Assembly: GCA_051362555.1 (NCBI GenBank)
Contig: CM120643.1
Span: 22,200,848 to 22,264,847 of the forward strand
Direction: 5' to 3'
Source: Lingula anatina
Taxonomy: Eukaryota > Animalia > Brachiopoda
Length of the DNA stretch: 64,000 nucleotides
A program made the position numbers and the translations under genes. Each line of letters opens with the position of its first letter. Positions within the stretch are counted from its first letter, which is position 1. Of this stretch, positions 1 to 12,100 are shown in pieces. Under the pieces are notes generated by a model. It worked only from the letters and a program-made list of their open reading frames with translations. It made no database searches and had not been told where the DNA came from.

Positions 1-1917
1 ATGAGAGGATTTTTATTCTCCAGCGGTTTTCAAAGTCTCAACAAGGTTCCATCATCATTATCATTATGTATCTCTGTGTTTTCTGCACTTTTTGACTACG
101 TGGAGACCAGGAGCATTGTTGGATCCTGGGAAGAGCACTACGGTCACGAGTCCCATCCCCTCTTAGTTTCTTTAGTTTACTAAAAACAAAATACCATAAC
201 GAAAGGGAAAGGAAATAAAAGCAAGTCTTCATTCCATCCATGCACCATATATATAAAGGCGAGATTGCTCAGTCTCCGTTTTACATTTGTCTTGCTTCAT
301 TCGGCTTTTTTCTTTTCATTTTTGCCTCTTCCCCGTTCTTACATGTAGCAAAAACCCTGGGTCCTTCTGTATGGTTTTGTCTGTTGTCTATAAGATTATT
401 AACTACAGATTAACTAAGATTATTAACTTGAAAATAAACTTGTCTTCAAGACTCGGTGCGTTTTTCGTCAATTCACTATCTTTGTGAAGACGTCAGATAT
501 CAATGGTTGCTGCTCGTACCACGTTGCCTATCCAAGGTATCACCACAAAATCTTCATTGGTTGTCTAAAAGCCTACGATGAACAGATCGAAGCCTTATAT
601 CGAGTTTCATGTTTGACAGGCAGATATCAAGTTGAGAGAAAACCTTTAAAAAGCACGTATCCTAACCAAACGCTTCCACTGATGAAATCTAAATCGCAAG
701 TTTTAAAAAAGGAGATTTAGTGCCTGTATAGTAGCCGTTGCCAGCACTGCTTTAGGTGTTTCGCAATTTTACAATACTATAGCGCTGTTGAGATTGTTCT
801 GGCAGTTTCCTTTAAAAGAGGGGAAAATGTCGAAACCCAGAATGCAGTGTACAACCTAACCAACTGCTTTATATGCAGCCGTTGGTCAAACTGTTTGATG
901 TGCTTGTCAGGAAAATTGGGTAATTCTTTTTCATAACTCTATTTCACAAGTAAGTTCGAGAAGCGCCTTGATATATTCACCTAAATCAGTTCATGCGCGG
1001 ATTTTTAAAAACAACTTTCCACAAAAAGAATAGGGATAATCAAATAAGGTCCGATTGATAGATAGATATTCAAATATTTACATTTTCTTGTGTTGGGATA
1101 ACTGGAGTTCATTTTGGATATAATTATATCCTCTGAAACTTATCAACAAGTACTGTTTATTTCTATAAAACAAACCAGTTTTTTAAAAGACAAATTTTAT
1201 CACAATAAACTCGTGGATAATTACAAGTGCATCATTCAAAACATAAATAACACGACAGCGCTAGAATTTTTTCTCACATTTCATAATGTTTTTTTTTTTT
1301 TTTTTTTTTTTTTGGGGGGGGAGGGGTCATTTTATTACTATTAGTATTATTATATTTGTCTTTTACTTTACTACTACAAAATTATAAGATTCTTTTGTAA
1401 TGAATGGTTTCACAGCTGTTGTTGTACACAACATGTACATTCATGAATCCTTATTACAATGTTACATGGCGTTTTAACTTAAAGCTTTTAATTAAAATGA
1501 AGGCTTGTCCACGCGCTTACAGATTTAAATTGGATTGCATTCAAACTTCAAACAGTTGAACGGTGCAGATATTTTCCAAAATTGCAACATTGAGACAGGT
1601 AAGTTGACGGTATGCATTGTTCTCAGTCCCTTAAATCCAACATGGCTTAGTAGAAATATCAAAAACATGAGATAAGCGGTCTTTTAGAAAATGTTTCAGG
1701 TATCGGCTAAGTTTTATACAGTCTTAGCAAAGACCGTCTTTCGACTAACAACTGGGGGATGGTCATATTTAATAGTTTAAAAAGCCCTTAGGGCAATGGT
1801 ATCACGCAAGTGCATACGAACATGAACTAGTGCAGTCCCTTAATTCTCATTATCTCTAATATGTGTTGTAATTGAGAGAGAACCAGCTCAGCACCGTGCT
1901 ACCTGTTTTGTACTTAA

Positions 1918-4900
1918 GTGCGTGTCCACGAGAAAACCAGACCAAATGTAGAAAATGCGGCAAGGTGGGGGTGAACGGATTTACATCATATTTGGTGTGT
2001 TTGAACCTTTATATGAACAATATCTGAGGCTGCAATATTTCCTGAAAAAAATCCCTACTTACAGAGATATGGCCAGTGACAATTTGGGGGGGTTTATCAA
2101 CCAAAAATTCTTCTGAAAAACAGGGTTATATTGATTGGCCTTAAAGTTTATACAGGTGTCACTAAATAATTTAGTTTGGTGATATATTATAACCTAAAGA
2201 TAGGGGATTAAAATGATATACACTTTTTTCACTCTCTTTGTTTCCATGGTAACAAACCAAGCGTTTTTCTCAGGCCTACAAACCACATGCTTTTAACACC
2301 CCCCTTCTATTTTTGACAATATCTTCATCTTCACAGGTCTTTGGGGTAAAGCGTGTTCAGGACTAACAGATAACTCATTAATCTATTTATATGTGAAATC
2401 AAAACTTACTGCTGTTCTACAACTTGCCCATGTGGTTTATACTCTGTCTACAGATATCAAAAAACATGTAGTGTATTGAAAAATTGCAACAGAAATATTA
2501 ACAGTCATCTTCGTCGCGTTTACGTGAAGCAAAACAGCGAGAGTTACGAAAGCAAACTGATTCTTGTCAGGTGTGGATTCTTTTGTCTCCGATGACCGCA
2601 ATTGGATATTTCCAAGTATCTTTGGGAGAATGAATGGGTTACACCATGTGACCAGCACTGGGATATGGGCTTGGTTTGTGCTGGAAACCATCCACACAGG
2701 GAAAAACGAGCCTATAACGAAATATGTCATGGGATTAACTTGCAGATGTCAGTGTAGACAAAAAAGCCATTTGAATGTACTGGTGCCACTTGGTTCAGGT
2801 AAGAAACGGGTTTGTTTGTATTTTAATACAGGCTAAAAGCCAGGAAAAAAAGTTCACTCGGAAAAATGATCTAGGTGTAATTTTTTAATGGTAAACGGTC
2901 CATTTTTTAAAAAGAATAATGCCCCCTTTCAAATAATGAAATTGCAGCCTAAGGACCTGTGATAATTTTATCTATTAAGCTATATTTGTGTGGGTATTTA
3001 TGTAGGTTTAATGGTACTTGGGTAAAATAAATTTAAGGGTAACAATTGGAATTAGATTGAAGCTAGGGCTGGTCTTGGCAAAATTGCTAGGCTCATCGTA
3101 ATTAATATTCGAAACCATGCCTTACTTATAAAACATGGACAAATGGGATAATAATTTATTTTTCATCAATGTATCAATTAACTTTCAGATAAGTGTTTTC
3201 ATGTGTCTATAGTAAGCTATATTTATATTTCAATCATATTTGAGAAGTGTTATTTGACATACAGTGATCTTATGGTCAGCAAAAGAGTCCAAAGCCTTGC
3301 AGAAACTGAAACTAGTGTGGAAATGACAGCTGTTGTAGAAAGGCATGTATGTAAATGAAAGCCACAATATAACAAATGCTGAGGAGATGCATGAGGCCCT
3401 AGTTTCTGCAGTTGGAGCCATTTTCTACATCCAGCTAGACAGACATCTTCCAAACCTGCGTGGACTGGAGTGTCCAATTACAACAATTTAGCCTTCTTGA
3501 TTCCTACAACATGAGAAAAGGTGTCTCCCTTCCTTGAGCAGTTTTAACATGAGTGATACTGATGTTAAAGTTAATTTGGGTTTTTCTGAGGCAAATATGC
3601 CAACTGGGACTATACCAAGCAAGATCACAAACAAGGACATTTTTTCTTGTCCAGAGAAGTCTTCTCTGAAATCTTTTGCTACCAAGACTGAAGAGTAATT
3701 GTAAGGTCCTTTTTTTAGACCACAGTTATGAAATGTGCCAAAAAAAACAGATTTTGATCAAATTAAAGTCTAGTGGGCCAACAATCTGACTAAAGAAGAA
3801 CTTAAAGCACATCAGCTATGAGAGAACTCCACCCTCTTGAATATCTCACTGAGATACACAATGGATGAGCTTTAAAGTCATCTAAACCTTTGAAACTATA
3901 TTCAAATAAAGTAAAGGAGTTTTTACTGAAGCAGTTTAGAAGGGCACAAGAAACAGGCCAGCAGAACCTAGCATTTGTGAGCATGAAGATGAGATTGAAA
4001 TGTCAGTAAAGAGGGTTACAGACTATTCAGGAAGAAAAAATCGGCAGTTATTTTTGAATGTATTAAAAAAAAACTTTGATGTTATGAGCTGTAATGTTTG
4101 ATATAAAACTGCAAAGATGTTTCATAACACCAGGATATATTTTGCAGTTGTGTTAGTTTTGCTTTTTGAATAGAAAAGTATCTTGTTTTGCTACATTATG
4201 ATATAGTTTGTAATGATCACAACTAATGTTGCACTGCTTTGCATGTATTGCTGTATTATAGTTTTGTGATTTTTTTTTTATTATTTGTAATTATTCATCT
4301 GAGACAACAATAAACTAAATTGAATAATTTTTTAGTTACTGTATGCTCATAAATAGTCACCAAAATGTGGTGTGGATGATTAAAAAAAACTTTTGATAAT
4401 TAAAAAGATTTGTTCTGGCTTTGCTCTTATAAATACTATGGCATATCCTGATCTCTATATAATAAATATTGCACCAAAAAGAAATCGCTACTAAACTAAG
4501 CTTTTAATTTGTATTCACCAAATTGATGATATTAAAAATATATATATATATATATTAAAATTATCATGTAAACTCTCAAGTTAATTGCCAGTGCCTATCC
4601 AAAGTAACAGAATCTAAGATTTATTTCCTCTAAACTTTTTGTCCATACAAATTAAAAAGTCCATATATGGCAATTTACAAATATGAAGCCCAGTGACCTT
4701 GATATACGACCCACTGACCTGATATTCATTAGTACACATCCACTTTCCATGCTCACCAGCCCTATTAATTTAGTAACATCATTGTAGAGAAAAATGATTT
4801 AATAAATTAATCAAACCCATTGTCTACATAGACTTGAATGAATCCACCACGATTTTTTGCCTTAAAAATGGCCAACTTTGGGGGTATTTTTCAGTACCTG

Positions 4901-5406
4901 TTTTAATACAGCAGTAACTTTTGAAACTTGATTTGGAGTGATCCATATCTGCCTAAAATATTCATGCAGTTTTATAGCTGTAAACCCTGTGAAGATGGAG
5001 ATATATGCAATTGAAGATGGTAGTATCAAAATTGGACTTTGGGGGGAGGGGTGTTATAAATGGGTGTGGCTCGCCCAAGCAGGGTCTTATCTGAATTCTA
5101 CATATATCTGTGGCAAGCCAAATGATTGTTTTCAATGTCTGTAAGGTCTAATATTTTTTAGTTTTCTCCATTTTTGTTTAATTTACACAAAATATAACAT
5201 TATTTTTCCAAGGTAAAAATGGAGTCTCAAAGAGGCTACATAAACCATGACTTATAATAGGCTATAATTCTCTGAAGAAATGATATTTTTGGGATTCCTT
5301 CCTAACTCATGAATAACTTCCTAATATGCCTCCATACAACAAATTTGGTTGAAATCTGCTGACCCCCACCTTGCCACCCTGGGCTGGTTCTCTCGTGGAC
5401 AAGCTC
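1918..5406 (+). mobile_element. Sola3-like DNA transposon, defective (3.5 kb)
   Basis: TTAA at 1914-1917 and 5407-5410. Long imperfect TIRs: GTGCGTGTCCACGAGAAAACCAG...GGCAAGGTGGGGGT on the left versus reverse-complemented GAGCTTGTCCACGAGAGAACCAG...GGCAAGGTGGGGGT on the right, which ends CTC-3'. Decayed coding motifs lie inside. Confidence 0.75.
2470..4000 (+). pseudogene. Decayed, internally deleted transposase of the Sola3-like element
   Basis: Frameshifted and stop-interrupted fragments in order: CNRNINSHL, LILVRCG, GINLQMS, NVLVPLGSG followed by a gtaag donor, GNDSCCRKA (~3319-3345, like GKxxCDRK), YVNESHNITNAEEMHEAL (3348-3401), FSCPE, G*ALKSSK, KEFLLKQFRRAQETG. Confidence 0.6.
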
Positions 5407-6319
5407 TTAAGTTGGTGAGCTCTTTGACCCGCCATGAAGTAAAGACTAATAGTGTGATTGTGACAGAGAAGCAGAATTGTTTGTCGCAATCTTACTTACA
5501 ATGCCTCTCGTTCAGTTCTCGTGCTTTACTCATCAATAACAATGTGAAAAAAAGAGATAGATATTTAATCAAATCGCACTTGTCATGATAACAATAAATA
5601 AACGAATTAATTATTAAACATTTTTGCTCGCGATGTACGGAGAAGATTACCAGAATGGCTAGTGAAACTGACAGCATGAATTATCTTTGTAGACACTATC
5701 TTTCTCGTTCTCTTTCTGTCTGTATTTGTGTCCATCAAAAAAGTGTCTTTCATTCTTTATAATTGCGATTATCGATATAGCGGAAGACTGTGTATTTTGT
5801 TTCATTTCAATTACCAGTAAAATACGGTTTCTGATGCCATAATTCCCTAGAACACAGCAATATCAAAATATTCAACCATGTGACTTTTAAGGGGTCTTTT
5901 CCATTAGCTCCATTACTGGGAACTGGGTGAAGTCAACAAAAGCGAGCGTGTACATGTGTGACGTTGGAAACTGTCTCGTTGATCGTACTTTAAAACATAA
6001 CTGAATTTCGTTTCGTAAGATTAAAACGCATTTGTGCGTGTACAGTACATGTAAGAGCTTGGTTTCGGAATTGTTACAGTTGCAAGCTCGATCGTAAACC
6101 CAGCATTTAAGAAAACATTTTTAATGTATATTTATATGTACATGTGTCAGAGTTCGTGATTTTCAATTAATATACTTATGAGAGTTTAAAAGTTGAACAT
6201 TTGTGGCCCTTCAACATTTTAAGTTAAACCAACTTCCGCTACCTATTTTAAAGCGGTAGTCACTGAAAACTTGCAACTGCAAAAAGAAAAAAATAGAGGG
6301 AAAACGTTTATTACAATCA

Positions 6320-6532
6320 TTATACGGCGGTAGCGTCTTTAAAATCGTCCAAATTAATAACAACGTGTGATTTTTTAGTGAGTATATTTGGTGATGAAGG
6401 CATGGACTCGGCGTTCTCCGTCTTGGCCAGTGACGTCATGGCGTTCAGTTTGTACGACAGATGTGGATTGCCGAGTTTCATGTTTTTCTGTCTGAGGAGT
6501 TCCAACTGGGTGTAGAGTCTCATGAATTCTTC
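6320..6532 (-). CDS. GPCR exon 12 (C-terminal coiled coil; stop codon)
   Basis: ttgcag acceptor. EEFMRLYTQLELLRQKNMKLGNPHL resembles the GPR158 coiled coil. Ends DATAV-stop. Confidence 0.9.
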   Translation of the reverse strand, partial: EEFMRLYTQLELLRQKNMKLGNPHLSYKLNAMTSLAKTENAESMPSSPNILTKKSHVVINLDDFKDATAV

Positions 6533-9153
6533 CTGCAAATGTAAAACGGTATGTTATTAAAATAAATCATAAGCAAAGGCGGTCACAAGGATGTGGTCAA
6601 AAACGTACTGTCAGACTCACTACTGTGAAGGTCACAAAGTTATAATCATTAATTTTTGTTTCTTTGAACGGTAATATTGGATTCTGTAACAATTTGATTC
6701 ACAGTGACCACTTGGTCATTGTCAATTAATTAACTGATCAACAATAATGAAATATACCTACCTGAACTTCCTTTTCCAAGGTAAATTCTTGCGGTTCCTC
6801 CGTCCTAATTTTCTCCCCGTTCATGGCACTTTCTTTTGAGTCCACATAGGTGCATGTCTCGAGCATCGAGCTCTTCGTTCGTCCCGCCAGTAACATCTTA
6901 CTATTTTTGGCGGTGGAATTCGACCCCATGGATTCTCTGCCTTTGTATTTGAAAACTAAATACGCCTATAAAACATCGAAGAGATACATCAGTTTTGCGA
7001 GTCGAATAACTTTTTAAAAAAAGAATTTCTTCAACAGCAGCTTAATGATAAACATTAGTCATGCCTATAATCCGTATTCATTGAACACCGTCTATACGCT
7101 TTCAAAGATAAAAGGAGGAAGCTTACTCTAAAACCCCAGGTGAAGGATACATCATTAACATTAAAAAACCACCAGAGGAGGGTGCATACCTTTGATCCAA
7201 AGAGAAAGGCAAGGGTGACTGTTACAGTAAGCTGAGTATGGACAAATAATACCACGTACATCACGTCCGGGTTTGCGATAGATTGGAGAAAATACCTGAA
7301 ATGAAAACAATATACACTAAAGAATAGAATAAACTGTAATTTATACAATGTAGTTCTGAGGTTTATGAAAACTACCTGAAACGAGATATGAATGTCCCTC
7401 CATTCTCTATGTTTATTTATTTATTTGATTATTGTCTAAATATTCTGGGGAAAAAACTTTTCCCTTTATATACACCAGAAGGAAATTCAACAATGCATGC
7501 TCTTTAAGAAAGCCAACATCTGTGGTGTAATACCCGATACCTGTGCATCAAATGTACAGTATAGTGAATATATCATTGTCCACAATGGGTTTGAGATATT
7601 GTTACTGTGTATTTAGACTCCATGTGAAATACAGACTTTAATTTGACAAGCGTTAAAAAACAAATTGTATTTTCATACTGGATATTTTAATAATTTCAAT
7701 ATTCTTTAAACATGAAAAACGAGAAAAAAAAAGAAAAGTCAACTCACATAGATACGGTTAAAAACACTGATAGCAAGGTCTCATTGTAGATAGCCCAGCT
7801 AATAAATCTGCTCTCGTTGAACTCGGATGGTGCTTTCCGCACGCTGATGCAGAGCCTTATACCCCAGAGCAAGAGAAGCGTCTCCCCGGCGGACCCGCAG
7901 TAGTCCCACACGTCAAATATGCAGAGATTGGCTTTAAGACCTCGCATGTCGTAGCCTGAAAATGCACATGTCTTTCAGTAGATTAATAATTTTAAAACTA
8001 TCTAGCTCTAGTTGATCGGGGGAGGGGGGGTTGAAGGAGGCGAAAAAGGAAACATACATTGTATAATCCTCAATTCACGCGACATTTTGTATTTAAATAT
8101 AAAACACTTGACATGTAAGAGAGTATGGGTGCGCTCACATTGAAACTATCGCACTGGGTAGTTCGAACTAACTCCACGGTGGACTCTCGCTGAATGCAAT
8201 CAAATTAAAAGATCCTCCTCCTGGCGATGAGTAGAATGCAGAAACGTTGATTATACGAATACGTTGGTAACAAGAGGAGGCGGGTTTTAATCTCTTACTT
8301 TGATTGCATTCAGCTAGAGTCCCTGCAGAGTCAATTCGAACGCACCCGTACCCCAGTACATGTAGTACCCATTTGAAGATGTCACCCTTTGAATATATTC
8401 ACTTTATTGTTTGGGACGGGAGGGGGTGCGTAGTGGAGGCCGGGAGAAGGGTGGGTGTGGAAGGGCTGCGGGAAAACTTTTGAAGCCGACAAGAGTGGAT
8501 TTTCAGTTAAGTGTTATCCGCACCATTATCTTACCTGTGATGACATTGGGTCGACCAACGCCCATCCGTATGCTTAAAAATGTGGCGAACACTGATACTA
8601 TAAATATGAGTCTTTTTATTAAATCTGCATCGGATATCTTTATTCTTTGTGCTGAGCGAACCCTGAAGACAACAGAGATCCTGCGAAAAATATCAATCAA
8701 TTAATTTAGATGATTGAAGATGAAATGAGACAATTTCAGTAACTTTAACAACAATAATAAAAGACATTGCTTAGTTGTTATGTGCACGACATGAAAGGTT
8801 ATAAAAACACTTTATATCTTTGATTGGTAAATATCTACCGCTATAGATATCATGCTTTTATCTTATTATGTGCTTTTCAATAGCAAATGCCATTCATCCA
8901 GTTCATATCCAGAAAAATCTGATAGAAACGTCTCCTTTTTTAGAAACTTTATCAAAATAAGGTCTAAAATTCTGGCGGCTTTAGATTTAAAAATATGTCT
9001 TTACCTCCACGTTTTTAAAAGTAAGGCACCATATAAAATAGAGAACCCTATTCCTCTGCACCACAGTCGCACGGAACAAGCTATTTCACTCGGTGGGAAA
9101 TAATTAACGATCATCTGGAATGAAAACAAAATACGATTGTTTAAATTGGATTT

Positions 9154-9196
<43 letters not shown>

Positions 9197-12100
9197 GGGG
9201 GGGGTGGTGTATTCCGAATGTTTCTGTGCCAATTATTTCAAATAAATGTCCATAACATTGGTAAACACAATTTAGTAAATTGATTGAAATTCATAAGGAT
9301 ACATGTACGGTAGGGCAGAATTTTTTTCACAATTTCGCCTAGATGAAATATTATGTTTTGTATGCGAAGTTAAACTTTTTTCAGATCTGTACATGTCTGA
9401 CATGTATGCACTATTAACCGACTGGCTTTTAAAGTACAGCACTGCTTTAAAAAAGACCTTGGTAAAATTGACGGAACAGCTAGGAAAATCGCCACATTAG
9501 ATAAAAGAACATGTATAAGAATAATGAAGTCCAATAACAAATACATACTGTATATGTATGGTTGCGTGACAAATACACAATTATTTTACAGTAATTGATA
9601 AGACATATCTAAAGTCACGCGGTCGACAAGTAACTAAATAAATCTAAAAAACTAGCACCAATTTAATGCGTTACTCATATCTCTTATCGCAAGAGAACAA
9701 TTACACAACATAAAACATGCTTCCGCCGTTAAACCGAACTGGCCGTTGTTCGTCTATTTATACAACAGGGCCGTAGCCTCCGGGGGGCAGGGGGGGCAAC
9801 TGCCCCCCTGGAATTTGGAATTTTACACACCACACCCTCCCCCCTCGGTAGCTTCGCCCCCTCGTGTCCGCTTACTGCCCCCCCTGGCATTTTGCTCAGG
9901 CTACGGCCCTGTACAATTATCTGAGCCGCACCGTTGATTGATTTAAATGTAAACGGACAGTGTTTTTAATTTTGTAGTCAGAAAAAAACGAGGCGTTAAA
10001 CTGTGTGTACTAGTTGCAACACGAGTCGTCTACCAAATGTGACACACAAGAGCGTACTTATATCTAATTTTCTCTTGTACACACTCTGGACAATAGAAGT
10101 GTCACCCCCTGAATCAGAGTAATCAAAGTTATTAACCTGAAGAGGCGGAATATAAGCAATGTCAGAATATCGATACAGTTGAATTGTTCAGTCAGAACCG
10201 TTTCTTTTGTGAAATTTGATGTTAATAAAATGATATCAGGAGCATATCATTCCACAGTCATTAATCTCCCCCAAAGTATTGGTTCATTAGGGGTGACACT
10301 TCTATTGTCCAGTGTGTGTATGTCGCATACAAGGGATGTCGAGTAGTTGTAAGTGACTTACATGTGTACCTCACAACTTGCGCTTCGAACAATAGGATGA
10401 ACTCACCGAGCCGTATTAAAATACAGGAGAGCGTGAAAGCGAAATTGCCATTTTTTATTGTTCGAAGCATTGGTCGCGGGATAAATATTATTACCTGACG
10501 TTAGCTGCTGCAAAGGTACAGTAAATACTGCAATATGCAAGTGAAATCTTGCTAAGAGAGATGTCCACATTATGTACAGGTTTCAGAATAACGCGTGTAC
10601 AGTTAAATGCGGAACATTGCATGACCTCATTGTTTAACCCCTGAAAATGGGCCGTACCAAAAGTATTATAAAACAATAGAACAATACCGGACGACACTGG
10701 GAATCATGGTTAATACAAATACTTAGAGGTTAGAGCTATAGTCTTATTTCCGATGTCATTAATGTTTCGACCACTTTTGTAAAAGGCAAAGTGGGCGAAT
10801 TAATAGCACAAAATGCATGAACAGATTTTACACGTTTTCGTACTGGGTCGATGCCAACTTCATTTCATCGTCTTTCTCTTAGACGCATATCCAAGCACAT
10901 TTTTACTTCATTTCTTCAAGTTCGGATGTTCTCGGCGGAATCCATAAAAATCTGGCGTCATTATAGACATATTATGTGTGTGGTCTTTGGAAATATTTGA
11001 CCGCTGGTAAGCACTGCCGTATGTTAAAATGTTTAAAGATTGGTGAAATCAAGTCAATCACGAAAAAAATGCTTTAATTTGATACAAAAATGTCCCTGAG
11101 TACCGTGGAATCAACTACTCAAATCCATCAATATTAACATATGTTTAACTGACAACGAAGGGTTGGAGTTTCAAACGTTCCTTTGTCGTATCTCACTTTT
11201 GATACAAACAAAACGTTGTTTATTCTCTATACCTCGATAATAATCACGCGTATACCTACTTTCTCTCCGTCGTCGTACTCCAAAGCTCTTCCATTCTAAA
11301 TTGTCAATCAAATATTCAGTGTTAGAAAATCTCTTTAAGCGCTAGTTCACACCTCTTGAAAAAAATATTTTTTAATTTTCTATTACGTGATATCTGGAAA
11401 GTTCACTGAGTCCAGTTTGTAACTATTATCCATATCATGAAAACGTACTTTTCAATTGTGAAATCAACCACTTGTGACGTGAACATTTTTCATTTTCACC
11501 TAATAACAATGTTCGCACTAGTTGACATTTCAGAGAACTATGTTTGATAACTTTGTAGCCTTTTACTCAATTGAATTAACTTGGCTTTTAAATTTGCCAT
11601 TAATGTAGTTGCAACCAGTTAACTGTACAAAACAAACATTGGCGTTGAAAAGAGCCGTTCCCTTTTTTTTTTTTGCATTAAATCTGTACATAATGCTCTA
11701 TTTAAGCGCGTTATGAGATAATCGATATTTCAAATCCTTTCATTTACGGCCTTTTAACTTTGCTAATGCGTTTTCCATGAAATGTCTGTTTCTTGTCAAT
11801 TATTCAATCTGTTTTCTAGATAATGATACGACCAGCGTTCAAAACTGAAAGAACCCGTTCGCGCAATTTCATTTTCTCGTATTTTCAATGCAGATTGAGA
11901 ATTCCTGATGAATTGCCCTTGAAAAAAAACATGAAAATAGTAAAACATGGTTAAAAAGCTATTATGTGTACTCTTATTCTGTCAAACCTTTGTCAATAAA
12001 ATAGTTCCATAATGCTCATCGGTAACGTTCTAAGGGTGCCGTTTCATACAAAGTCGGGCGCCAGTTTATGGACTAAAAGTTCGACTTACTAAGACGTAGC

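Noticed and set aside
240-480. LTR-like arrangement (TATATAAA followed by AATAAA and a CA end)
   Set aside because: No second LTR, PBS, polypurine tract or TSD could be identified.
7055-7130. Possible alternative exon in GPCR intron 10 (AYRRC, similar start to exon 11 AYLV)
   Set aside because: The AG is out of phase for the AY reading and there is no further similarity. Likely coincidence.
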